From assembly GCA_025558095.1 (NCBI GenBank), contig JAIVFI010000017.1:434001-498000 (forward strand): a stretch of 64,000 bases of DNA, read 5' to 3'. The notes below the pieces were generated by a model. It ran no database searches. It was not told the origin of the DNA and was given only the letters and a program-made list of their open reading frames with translations. This document shows, in pieces, positions 1 through 11,709 of the stretch. Position 1 is the stretch's first letter. The number at the start of each line of letters is the position of its first letter. Made by a program: the position numbers and the translations under genes. Source of the DNA: Hyaloraphidium curvatum SAG 235-1. Taxonomy: Eukaryota; Fungi; Monoblepharomycota.

Positions 1-1215
1 GTGAAGGCTCATGTCGCGGGGAACGGAGATCCTGTCGCGGATATATCGCAAGATTGAATCGCCGCGGGACGGCAGCTGGGCGTCCGCTGGTTCGCCTATG
101 CGACCGAGAAGGTCCTTCTCGAAGGATCCGCGCACCATCGTGGTCAGCGCGGCGCGGAGGCACACGTCCACCTGCTCCGGTTGGCCTTCTTTGTTGACGC
201 GGATGACGGTCTTTGCATGCTTGAGGACACGGCGCAGAGCTTCGGCCTCGGCTCCGTCAGGGCACGGAAATCCAACCTCGGGAATCTCGGGTCCCCACGG
301 TCCGCTGTCGACCAGTTTCTTGGCAACCAGCTGCGCCGGAGTGCCATTCTCAATGCATGAGCCCATCTGCGGGGGCAAATCGTGCGCGTGCGTGTGGAAA
401 TCGCTCTCCATTCCGCGGTACGTCTCCCGCTGCTCGAGAGCATCGAACCACGCGGCGATCCGGGGATGCTTCACTGGATCACGGAGCTTGTAGCCTTTAA
501 AGTAGAACAACGATGCGTTCATGCGCTCGACGTAAGGCACGAAGACGACATCGGCGATAGAGAACTTTTCGAGGAAGAAGGGGCCCGGGGTCGCACCCAG
601 CGCTTGCTCCATTTGCTCGACGGTTGATTCGAAGGCAGCAGCGGCGGCGATGTCCGAGCTCCCAGCACCCGTGCGGCACAGCCAGTGGCACCAGTCGTAG
701 AACAGTTCCCTCTCAAGCCGACGGAGGCGCATCACAGTCGGATCGAACATCGACCTCTCGAGGGGCCCGAATTCCTTCTCCAGCGCAGCGAGAATGTCGT
801 CCGACTCGGTGATGACCTTGCCGTCGAGCTCCAGCGCCGGGAGCATGCCCGAAGGGACAATCCGTTTGTACCAGGCCTCCTTCTGCCCGTAGCAGAACAT
901 AGTGACCTTCTTCACTCTGAAAGGGATGCGCTTTTCCTCCAGGAAGAGCCCTGCGGAACTAGGGCTTCAGCAAAAGAACAACGGGGAAGACGAGATGAAT
1001 GGCTCACATGTCTTCTGGCAGTAAGGACACCATGCGTGGAAATCCCGGTAAAGCGTTACGCGCACGTCTGCTTCAGAGGTGCCGAAGAGCCGGAGGTTGG
1101 ACTGCGCCGACGTGGGACCGTTGGGATCGTAGATGTTCGGCGGCGGGTTCTTCTCGGAGGCTAGCTCCGAAAGCGACGAGAGCTGCTCCCAGCTGTACGC
1201 TGGCACGGTTGCCAT
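1..1215 (-). CDS. Glutathione S-transferase, cyanobacterial/algal CPYC type (3' end runs off the window; spliced)
   Basis: Spliced translation [17 protein letters not shown]|[54 protein letters not shown], later [15 protein letters not shown] and RISVPRDM; thioredoxin-fold GST-N with cis-Pro and ES motif; ATG at 1215. Confidence 0.85.
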
Positions 1216-1445
1216 GCTCGCTTTGCTAGTGAAGAAGCGGGATGGGATCGCAGCGACGATGCTTCGCAACATGCGAAGTGAAGGGGGTGACGGGCGATCG
1301 GATCGCCGCGGCGCGTAAACATCCGCCCGCGCTTCGGCCGTCCGCATCCAGCGCAAGCCTGCTGGGAGACGTGGCATTGCGTGATCCTGAAGACTATGGA
1401 GCAAGTAATACGCCCATCTGTACATCAGTGATCGTTACAGCTGAA

Positions 1446-2964
1446 TCAATCAATCTCGGCGGGAATGAACCAGCTCTCCTCGCGCCGCGCCACCCCGAAC
1501 GCCCGATCGATGCCCGCGAGGTGCATGCGCAGGCCCCGCCCCATGACCGTGACCCGCGCGATCACGTCGTCCCACTCGTTCTTGGACACTGCAGACTGCG
1601 GCACGGGCGTGTAGTCCCAGATCCCGAACGCCCAGTTCAAGATGAAGAGCGAAGCTTCCGGCTCGCGGGCGGTCCCGGCGCTCGAGAGCCGCACGAGGCC
1701 CTTGACGCGGTAAAACTCGTCCTTGGGGATCGCAGCGAGCCATTCGTCGAACGCTGTGCGGTCAAGCGCGAGCACCCGTTCCCTGGGCCCGTCCTCGTGG
1801 TTGTGGTCGCCCTTCTCCCCCGCGTGCGAATGGTCGTGCCGCTGCACCCCGGCGTCGGCGCACCCCTCCACGCCGCAGTCCTTGCGCTCCACGACCTTGC
1901 CCGAGATGTTGCGCACCACCTGCACGATGTCGACCTCCTTTGCCTGGTGCTCGCTGTCGACCAGGATGCCGTACTCGGGGTCCTCGGGGTCGGCTTCCGA
2001 GAAAAGCGCCGTGTCGAGGCCAAAAACCACGTCGGGGCACAGGCCCGTTTTGGCCGGGACCTTGATGATGGGCGGCACGGCGGCGACGGTGCCGTCAAAC
2101 ATGTCGTAGACGCTGTCCAGGACTTTGTCGAGCTGTCGCTCCGACACCATCTCCCACTTGTTGAGCAGGATGATGTCGGTGTACTTGCACTGCACCTTGG
2201 CGGTGTAAGAAGTGTCCTCGTACCCCTGAATGCGCGGCAGGCATAAGAGAGTGGGATGCACATCGGCTCGGACCCCGCGGCCTTACCTTGAAGTTGACGC
2301 AGTCAAGCACGTTGACGATGCCGTCCAACTTGAAGCCATCGTCCTCCAGGGCACGGATCTGGAGAGCAAGCGGCGCCGGGAACGCGGAGCCAGAGGTCTC
2401 GATGACGACGCGGTCCGGGTTGTACAGATCGCGGATCTCCTTCAGGGCCTCGGCGACCTGCCCCGTCAGCACGCAGCACAGGCATCCGTTGAGCATCTCG
2501 GTCACGGCGATGTTGGAGGTGCCGCCCGCAGCAGCAGCGCGGTCCGCCTGGAGCTTGACGAGCTCCGAGTCCACGGCGACGTCGCCGAACTCGTTCTTCA
2601 GGATCGCCATGTTGTACCCCTTGGGCAGCCGCTTCAGCAGGGACAGGATCAGGGTCGTCTTGCCGGCGCCCAGAAAGCCCGAGAAGACCGTGACAGGGAT
2701 CGGGGCGCCCTCGGCGCGCTTCGATGCCCAGCGCACGGCCTGCTTCCGGCGCTCCTCGGCTGCGGCGGCCGCGGCCTTTTTCGCAGCCTCCTCGGCCTGC
2801 GCACGCTCGTACACGGCCTGGAACTGCGCGGCCTCGCGCGTGTCCATGAACGATCCGGCCCCGAGCGCGTCCGAGAAGCGCCCCGAGGCGAAGAACCCGG
2901 AGTTCGGCTGGTCTTCCCACCCGGTCCTCGTCGCATCCCCGAACTGGCCGCAGAACTGGCACAT
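1446..2964 (-). CDS. COG0523/CobW-family G3E GTPase metallochaperone (ZNG1-like), 1 intron
   Basis: GFLGAGKTT Walker A, NEFG, GCLCC (CxCC), VIETSG, LLNKW, His-rich HDHSH..DHNH, C-terminal RVKG; intron ~2226-2287. Confidence 0.9.
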
Positions 2965-3150
2965 CGTGACAGATGCGCAACCGGACGCGACGATGCGGGG
3001 TCCGAGGCGCCCCAAACGTCTGAAACGTCTCCTCCTGCCGTCTGTTGCAGACGCTGTTCCGTTAGGATTTTTCAACGATCACCTCCAAACTCCTAGCGCA
3101 CACCGTCCTTTTCGTTTCGGTCCAGCAGCTTGCCGACGGGCGCCGCAGCG

Positions 3151-4901
3151 ATGCTGTGCTCCAGTGGGTGCTTTCGCCGGGCGTCGCGGCGCCGCTGACC
3201 CGCGCAGTCTCGGGCGAGCCGCCGCAGGAGCCGGTGGTGTCGCGGAAGTCGGGCGCGCTGTTCGAGCGGCGGCTCGTGCTCAAGTACATTGCCGAGCACG
3301 GCACGGACCCCGCGAGCGGCGAGCCGCTGGCCGAGGACGACCTGGTGCCGCTGCGCGCGGCCCCCGCCGTGCGCCCGCGCCCGCCCGCCGCCACGTCGAT
3401 CCCCGCGCTGCTCGCGTCGATGCAGAGCGAGTGGGACGCAAACATGCTGGAGACGTTCCAGCTGAAGCAGCAGTACCACCAAGTGCGCCAGGAGCTCACG
3501 AACGCGCTGTACCAGCACGATGCCGCGTGCCGCGTCATCGCGCGCCTGACCCGCGAGCGAGACGAGGCCCGCGCCGCGCTGGCGAACGTGCAGGCCAGCC
3601 TGGCCTCGGGCGCCGCTGCCGCCCCCGACGGGGACCGCATGGACGTGGACCAGCGGCCGCCGGCTCGCGCCGCGGAGGGCATCACCGACGAGATTATTGA
3701 GAAGATGACCGAGACCTCCACCTCGTGGGCATCCGGGCCCAGCTGCCACGCACCGCATTGATCTTACTCTCGTCTCTCTCTCCCAGCTTGTCCAAGGTGC
3801 GGCGCAAGCGCAAGCCGGCCCCGACCCTCGCCTCCCCCGAAGCCATCTCCTCCTACTCCACCAAGCGCGAGACGCACTCCCTCCACTCGAGCACGCAGCC
3901 CGGTATCCTTTCCCTGGACCTGCTCGCGGCGCGCAATCTGGCCCTGACCGGCGGCAAGGACGGCGGGCTGACCGTCGTGGACGTCGAGGCCGGCAAGGTC
4001 GTCGCCGACCTGCCCAAGGCCCACTCCAACAAGAAGGTCGGCTGCGTCACGTGGCAGTCGCAGACCTCGGGGTCGGCGGCGTTCCTGTCCGGCGGCGCGG
4101 ACAAGGTGGTGCGGTGCTGGGAGCTCGGCGCCGACGGCGCGGTGGGCAAGTACTCGGTCAAGACTGCGCACTCGGCCGAGGTCACGGGCCTGTCGGTACA
4201 TGCGAGCGGCGAGTACTATGTCAGCGCCGGGTTGGACGGCGTTTGGTCCTTTGGGATCTTTGAGGACGGGAGGGTGGTGCAGAAGGTGACGCACCCCGAG
4301 GTTACTGGTGAGTCTGTTTCGTTGCCGGCTTGGAATCCCCGCGACCAACACGGCATCATCTTAAGGGTACACGACGTGCGCCTTCCACCCGGATGGTCTG
4401 ATTCTTGCAACGGGCACCACCGATGGCAAGCTCAGGCTTTGGGACATCAAGGCGCAGAGCAACGTCGCCACGTTCGAGAACCACAAGGGCAAGGTTACCG
4501 CCCTTGCCTTTTCCGAGAACGGCTACACCGTGGCCACAGGATCCGACGGCGAGGGCGTGGTCCGCATCTGGGACCTGCGCAAGCTTGACCAGACGGGCAC
4601 CATCGAGGTCGAGGGCGCCGACAAGGTGCACGGCGTCGCCTTCGACTACAGCGGGCAATACCTCGGCGTCGCCGCCGGCGCCAACGTCTCGTGCGTGCCT
4701 TCTCTCCCTTCCTGCTTTCTGTTGCACTGACTTCTCCTGCCCAGTGTTTATCCGCACAAAACCTTCAATCCCGCGATCCTCTCTCTAGACAGTGCGCACG
4801 ACGGGAAGGAAGTCACGCACGTTGCTTTCGGCACGGATGCCAAGTACTTGATCTCGGTCGGCATGGACCGGACCCTGAGGCTGTATGCAGGCGAGGAATA
4901 A
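3151..4901 (+). CDS. PRP19: Pre-mRNA processing factor 19 (U-box, coiled coil, WD40), several introns
   Basis: MLCS|ISGEPPQEPVVSRKSGALFERRLV U-box; SIPALLASMQSEWDANMLETFQL..RQELTNALYQHDAACRVIARL Prp19 coiled coil; WD40 repeats; stop TAA 4899-4901. Confidence 0.95.
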
Positions 4902-4957
4902 ACGGCCTGCGCGGCCGAGTCATGCTGGACGCGCGTGGGCTACTGCTTGCAACGGCT

Positions 4958-5801
4958 CTATTCCTCGTCCTCCTCGGCGATCGGATCGGCGTCCATCTTC
5001 CTGCTGTTGGCCTTGCGGATCCCGGACCCGGCGGACTCGGGCTCGCCGAGCTCGTCCGCGTTGCTGAGCCGCTGGTTCCTCCGTTCCTTCACCGCCCTGG
5101 CGTGCTCTTCCTGGCTGCGCAGAACCTCCTCCCGCTTGGCCAGCTCCTGCTGCCGCCTCTCGGCGGCGAGCGCCTCCTTCTCCTCGAGCTTGCGCCGGAG
5201 CTCTTCCGGGTCCGTCTCCTTCTCGACGATCTGGAACGGGGCCTGGTTCTGGGGCTCCGACGGATCAGCGGTGGAACAGGCGCGGCACCGACATAGCTCC
5301 CACGTGGAGGCCTCCGGATCCCTCCCCGGTCTTGGAGCCTTCGGTGGACTTGAGGGTCGCGTCAATCGGGATCTCGTAGGCCAGGGAGCCCGGCTTGGCT
5401 GCTCGGTCCACATGAGCGATCTTTGTTGGCTTCTCAAGGCCAAGAATTTGCTCACCGGTGACAGATTCCGGGGCTCCGGCAGCCGCGGCTTGCTGGAGCA
5501 GAGGTTCCGATTTGGTCACTGTTCCGCGGATCAGCTTCCGTCGCCGTCCTCCCCCCGTACCCTCCCTCCCACCTGGAGAAACTTTGCGCTGGGTGTTTGG
5601 CGTGCTCGCCCTCGAGCTCGCCGGGGCCTGCAGCTTGGAAATGGCCGGGGCCGACCCGGTCATCCCCCCCGATCCCATCGCGCCGCCGTTTTCACCGGGC
5701 TTCGGGGCCGCCCGGTCCTCGAGGGGGACCTGACCGGCGACATCTCCCTGGGAAGGGTGGACCTGGTGCTCCGCGGCGCGTTTGGAGGGGAAGCAGCCCA
5801 T
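4958..5801 (-). CDS. Putative N-myristoylated/palmitoylated stathmin-like coiled-coil protein, 2 introns
   Basis: MGCFPSK N-terminus; spliced SLAYEIPI...TDPEELRRKLEEKEALAAERRQQELAKREEVLRSQEEHARAVKER resembles the stathmin domain. Confidence 0.55.
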
Positions 5802-6148
5802 TCTGACAGGGGGTTGATGGAGGCGGGTGATCCCCGGCAAGGCGCGCCCGGCCTGCCGGATCCGGCGAGCGTGTCAGAGATTCGAGGACTCTTCGTAAAG
5901 CAGATTGACGAGGATAAGCTGGAACGCACTCTGATCTTCAGAATTGGCCGTGAAGTGATTCGATTGAGGGGTCGGCCGGGGTCCGCGGCGCTCACCGCCG
6001 CCCGTGTTGACCCTGCGTGGCGACGCAGGGACCACCCAAACACCGCGTTTCCTGCCCTCTCTCCGCGGCTACGCTGTTGATTTGGGGCTAGCCACTCCCG
6101 AAGCCCCTTTTCTCGCTCTTTGCCGTCCCTCGACGACCCATCGTCGCT

Positions 6149-6955
6149 ATGGCCGCCCCCGCGGACGCCGGCGCCGCCACGACCTACTTTGACAAGTTCG
6201 CGATAACCTACGTCACCATGCCGATTGACGAGGCGGGCGGAATCCCGACGCCGGAATTCATTCAGGCGACGAAGGCGATCCTGGGCCTGTTTGGTGGGCG
6301 CTTTCGGCCTCAAGTCCTGCTGTGCCCTGAACGGAACGACTGCCCGTGCACACAGACCTCCTTGGTTCCGTTGCCTTTTCGCCCGTCAAGAGCGACTTTG
6401 ATGGCAACATCAAGGTTCGCCCCTCCCTGTACGCCAGTGCCGCGCGCCCTGATACCCTCTGGGCGAGCAGAAGATCGAGACGCGGTACAACGCCAACAAG
6501 GAGGGCTCCAAGACCTTGCAGGAGCTGGTGCAGACCGAGTGGAAGGAGAAGAAGCGGACGGCGACCGAGGGCATGATGTGGCTCCGCCGCGGGTTGGAAT
6601 TCGTCTCGGCCGCGCTGTCCAAGCTCGAGGCGGACGACAAGCTCGAGCTCAGCACGGCATTCTCCTCGGCCTACAAGGAGACGCTGTCCCAGTACCACAG
6701 CTTCCTGATCAAGCCCATCTTCTCGGTGGGTTGCGCACCGCCGAGCGGTTGGTCTGTCGTCTGACAGGGGCCCGGCAGGCTGCGATGGGCGCCTGCCCGT
6801 ACCGCAAGGACTTTTTCACCAAGCTCGGCTCGCCCGCGGACAAGGTGAACCAGCAGTTCGGCGAGTTCGTGCCCGCGTTGGCAAAGGTGGTCAAGATCCT
6901 CGACGACTTCTACAAGAAGGGCACCCCCAGATACGAGGACGGGCCGTTCTCTTGA
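6149..6955 (+). CDS. Glycolipid transfer protein (GLTP / HET-C2 family), 3 introns
   Basis: DLLGSVAFSPVKSDFDGNIK, ATEGMMWLRRGLEF, AYKETLSQYHSFLIKPIF, MGACPYRKDF. Confidence 0.92.
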   Translation: MAAPADAGAATTYFDKFAITYVTMPIDEAGGIPTPEFIQATKAILGLFGGRFRPQVLLCPERNDCPCTQTSLVPLPFRPSRATLMATSRFAPPCTPVPRALIPSGRAEDRDAVQRQQGGLQDLAGAGADRVEGEEADGDRGHDVAPPRVGIRLGRAVQARGGRQARAQHGILLGLQGDAVPVPQLPDQAHLLGGLRTAERLVCRLTGARQAAMGACPYRKDFFTKLGSPADKVNQQFGEFVPALAKVVKILDDFYKKGTPRYEDGPFS

Positions 6956-7013
6956 ACCTGTTGTTTCCTCAATAGACATCTATGGCACTCGTCGTGGATA
7001 TGCGGGGTATCCT

Positions 7014-9243
7014 TCACGGCTCTCGATCGAGCTCCCAGACACCAAGAGACATGAGCTCTTTCCATGGAGACTCGACCACAGTCTCGCCGACCTTGCCCTC
7101 CGACATCCAGCGCGCCACGTCCCCGGCATCGTCCAGATTCAGGTGCGGCTTGAAGGAGCGGAGAAGTCGTAGCCGGAACGCAGTCCCGTTACCGCCGGGA
7201 ACGAGGTGCTGGGCGTATGCCGGCGCCACAAACAGCGTCCGCCCGCCCCGCCCGGTGTCCTCGTCCGCAGAAAAGGCTAGTATCTGCGCGACCTCGTCCG
7301 CACCGCGCCCGGCGAGGTCCACGACGTCCAGTGACTTCCGATCCTCCGCCGGCCAGCCGAGGAGGTACCGCGGCGGCATGTAGGTCTTCCAAAACACGAG
7401 TCGCGGCGGCGGAACGCCAGAGTCCACAGGAAGCTCCCTCCTCCCGATCCAGACGAGCGCCGGCACGATGCCGCCCTGGTGCGCGAAGCCCAGCAGCGCC
7501 GTCGCCGAGGCGTTGAATGCGATCCAGGGGACCCAGAACCACACCCTCCACTTGCCCGACGGGGGCTTGGCAACGGCATGCGACTTGACGGGCGACCCCA
7601 ACGGCGGACGGCCCTGCTTGCCGTACACCAAAACGACGAGGCACGGCAGCAGCGGCACCAGGAACCTCGCTTCCTGGTGCGGCACCGCCGACAGCGCCGC
7701 CAGCGAGGTGCCGGCTGCCCATGCGGCCGCCTGCTGCACGAACCCGGGCGGCTTGCCCGCGGTGAGCTGCCGCCGCAGGTACCACGGGACGTACACGGCG
7801 AGGGGGCCGTAGAGCACGGGGAAGTTGACGAGGAGGTGCAGGTACCGCGGGTGAAGCCCGTGCGAGGCGAGGTTTTCGGGGTCCGAATTGTACCGGAGCG
7901 AGTTGAGCGGGGTAAGCACGGGCGTAGCGGTGAAGGTGAAGGCGCGCAGGGCGCCGAGCGGGTCCGCAAGCGCGCGGCCGAAGAAGTAAGGCCACGTCGT
8001 TGGGCGGCCTTTTTCAAAGACAAAGAGCTGGCCGTAATAGGCCGTGTCCATCAAGACCATGGCGCCCGATGCGAGCGCGAAGCCGGTCGTGGCAAAGGTG
8101 ATGGCGAAGATCGCCCCGGCTGTGCCTGAAACAACAACGTGAGCAGGCCAGAAGAAGGTCTCTAAAGGTGTCCCACCGATGGCGTTCGATCGCCACAGGC
8201 GAAGCAAAGCTAGTAGGAATGCCGCGCCGAACGCAGCAGCAAACGGCAGGAACGAGATCCTGGTAAAAATACCAGCGGCAAAGAGCACGCCCAGCATGAA
8301 GGACTGCAAGCAGCCAGGAGTGAGCACGGGAATCCATAGGGCTGCTGCCGCTGGCGCGGGATCCGCCCACCTCGGTGCCGACTCTCGCCGTCTTTGGCCT
8401 CGCCCCCGTCTTCCTCGCCAGCTCCGCTACGCACCACAGGCACCACGCCACGATGCACGTCTCGACCGAGTTGGTGAATGTCCGCACGCCGTAGGCCAGC
8501 TGCACGTGCGAAGAGGCGAGCAGGACGAGCGCGCGGAGGGTCGCGCGCTGCCCGCGGAGGATGTTGTACACGGCCGCGTCTGTGGGCACAAGACAATGCC
8601 GTGCGTGAGCCATTGACAATTGGGGCTCGAGCATCAGTTGTGCCCACCGACGGAGAAGGAGAGCAGCAGGAACACGAGGCGCGAGACGAGTAGCGCCGCC
8701 AGGCCAAGAGGGATGGCCGGGCCGCCGGCGGCGACCAGAATCGCGTTCACGATCCTGACGAGCGCCAGAGGAGGCCCAAGAAGGATTCCACTAGAGAGTT
8801 GACGCCAAGGAACGGTAGCGTTCCGACGACGACGCGTCGGAATCGAAGATGAAGAGGTCAGGAAGGCCCGGAACGGCGATCCGAGGCACCCACATCGGCG
8901 CTATCGACCGGCACGGCCTCTCCGAATTGAATTCCCACGTCCGCACCACCTGCAGCCCGAGGACGTCCCCTGGGACCGCTGGCCGTCAGCCTCCCTCCGG
9001 CGCCCTCCCGCGGGCGGGACAGCCACCTGCCACCACCTCCACGCTCTGGAAGTGCTCGTCCGGATGCAGGTACCCCGTCCCCAGCAGCGCCGACCCCGCG
9101 CGCAGGGCCAGCAGGACGGCGTACGCGCCCGCGAGCGCCGGGTCGGGCGGCGGCGGCGGCGGGTCGCGGCGGGGCGACGCGGGGGCGGCGCGCAGGCCAG
9201 AGAGCGGGCGGCCCGCGGGCCTCATGGGCCCGTCGACCGCCAT
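7014..9243 (-). CDS. SMP3: GPI mannosyltransferase 4 (Alg9-like GT22), spliced
   Basis: GYLHPDEHFQSVEV, RTFTNSVET, NSLRYNSDPENLASHGLHPRYLHLLVN, PHQEARFLVPL, HQGGIVP; multiple TM segments; exact start uncertain. Confidence 0.88.
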
Positions 9244-9413
9244 CGGCACGGCCGCCGGCCAACACCGTGTTTTGGGGTGACGCCGTGACGCGGAGCGCAG
9301 ACGGCGCACCATTCGTGCCGAAGCTCCAACAACCGCGCAATTCCCGCCTGCCCATTGCTCCCTCCTCCTTCCCGACCCCCGCATCGCCTCCCCTTCCCGA
9401 TCCGCGGGCAGGC

Positions 9414-11246
9414 ATGTCCGCCCACACGCGGAGCCACCCCCTCCTCCAGGCCTTCCCGCGGCTGGACCCACCGTTGGCGTTCCTCCGCCCCAGGGAGGGG
9501 CCGGCGCCCGCCAGGGGAGGAAGAGGGGCACGGACAAGGATGCCGAGGCTGACGAGGGCGGCGGAGCTGAGGGCCGCGGCGGCGGAGAGGAAGGGGGTTA
9601 GGGGGGAAGCGAGGGGGGGGACGCCGGGAAGGGGGGCGGGGAAGAAGGCGGGACAGGGGAGGCAGGGATCTGCCAAGGGGGTGGATGCTGCTTCTGGATC
9701 CGCGGAGCAAGTTGCGGCCGGTCCGTCGAGCGCGGGGGCGGACGGCGCCGAAGGGGAGGAGGACGAGTTCGTGGACGCATCCGCGGGGGACCGCGAGCAG
9801 GGGGATTACTGCTGCGAGCTGGACTATGACGAGCACGCCGCGTTCGGGAGCGACCTCATCGACGACGGGGCGTCGGTGGCGGGCAACGAGGACGCGGATA
9901 GCGGGCGGGAGGAGGGTGTCGGCGCCATGAGGCAGTCCTGGACCTCTTCGACGGCGTCCTCGGCATCCGATCCGCATGCCCGTGCGCCATCGCGCTACTC
10001 GTCGGTGCATGTGGTAGCGCAGGATCCAGGCAGGGGGGCCGACGGCCGCTCTTCTGGGCGCATCGGATCCCCGTCCGCTGTCGCTGGCACGGTCGGTGGA
10101 CATCCCCTCTTCCAGGCCCAGCTCTCGCGGGCATCCACCTCGTCTTCGCTGCGGAGCTCCCGATCCGACGGGATGCGGACGCCGACGCCCCTGGGTTATT
10201 CCGCGGGGCCTGTGCAGCGCTTTTCGCACCCTGGCCACGCCGCCTCGCAGGACTCTGCCTACGGATACCACCAACCTCCCGCTCCATACTCGCACCCCAT
10301 TGCATCCTATAGCTACGGGGCCCCTCCCCTCGCCCCGAACCCCTTCCCCGCAACCCCCGATCGCCGCCCTCCCCCCCTTCCCCACGCGCCCACCTCCTCC
10401 CTGCACCTCTCCCTCATGCCCCCCCGCCCCGCCTTCCGCTCCGTCGGCCTCGGCTTCGCGCACACCGGCACCTCCTCGCCCACCCTCCTGCCGGTGCGGT
10501 ACCGCGAGCCGTGGCAGCTCGCCTATTCGCTTTCGGCGGCGCCGGTGCGGAGCGAGGTGCTCGGCGAAAGGGGCGTGCCGAGCGTGCCGAGCGTGACGGT
10601 GGTCCCGGTTTCCCCCGGGAGGCCCGGCCGGAGGGAACCCGCGGAAGGGGCGAGGTCGGACGGAGGGAGGAAGGGGGCGGCGGCTGGCGAGAAGCCACCT
10701 CCCCAGCCGGCCGCGCCCGCGGCGCTCCCGCCTCCTCCGCCGGCGGTCTCCGCGGCGGCGGGAGCGGGACAGGGACAGGCGGTGCAGGGGTGGCCGTTCG
10801 GGATCGTGCTGGCTGCCGGGCCGGACGGGGGGCTGGCGCTCAAGTTGGGGGGGCCGGCTGTGCAAGGGGCGATCCCCCCCGTGGCCGGTCCGGTGGAAAT
10901 GGAGAGGGCGCCGACGGCGAGGCAGGAGGAAGCTGATGCGGGCGAGGCGGCGGATGGGACGGCGAGGGCGGCGGGGACGGGGGGGAGGAGGCGCCCGGGC
11001 AAGCGGGAGCTGAACGCCGACATCCGGCTGGGCGGGCTGGGGCCGGACCTCGAGTCGGACGAGTACAGGCGCAAGGTGAGAGGCACCAGACTCGGCTTGC
11101 TGGTCGGAATGGGCTGATGTGCGGTGCAGGCCGAGCTGGCCAAGGCCAAGGCGGAGTACGCGGAAAGGACGCGCGTGCGCAACCTGCTCAAGGCGGCCAA
11201 GGCCGGGTTGCAGCGCGGGACGGGCGGGGGAGCGGGCGGAGCCTAG
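9414..11246 (+). CDS. Hypothetical low-complexity Pro/Ser/Ala-rich protein, 1 intron near the 3' end
   Basis: Long ORF 9267-11117 joined through GTGAGA..GTGCAG to a short coiled-coil exon ending TAG 11244-11246; no recognisable domain; start uncertain. Confidence 0.5.
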
Positions 11247-11709
11247 GGAGCTTTGATGTAATGGAAACCGGTTCGGACGAGGGGGATGCCGGTGATCTGG
11301 TGCACCTTTTTCGCGGTGGCGTGCGGCCCGGCTCCAGCATCCCGACAACCACCTCCCGAGAAGCCTCCTCCCGCCGGCGCGCGTTTGCGCGGCAGCTTCC
11401 TCCCCGCAGTCAGCCGGCGCCAGAGCGCGGCGACGCGGCGGAGCGTGTCTCTTTGAGAGCGAGGAGGGAAGCAGGCCCGCACAGGCCCGCGGACCTCCGC
11501 GAGCCCATCGCACGGCGACTTGCGCGCACCCGCGGCCGCGCCGGAGCAACAGCGCGGGAGCAGCTGAGAGGCAGCAGAGCGGACCCGCGTGGAGAGCAGC
11601 ACCGGGGCGCCGCTGAGGCCGCCTGTGCCGCCCGCCCGCCGCCCGCGGTCGACGACTCCCCGCCGCACGCGGCCCGCCCCGCCCGCCCGTCCTCCGCCCC
11701 CCGCGGCCC

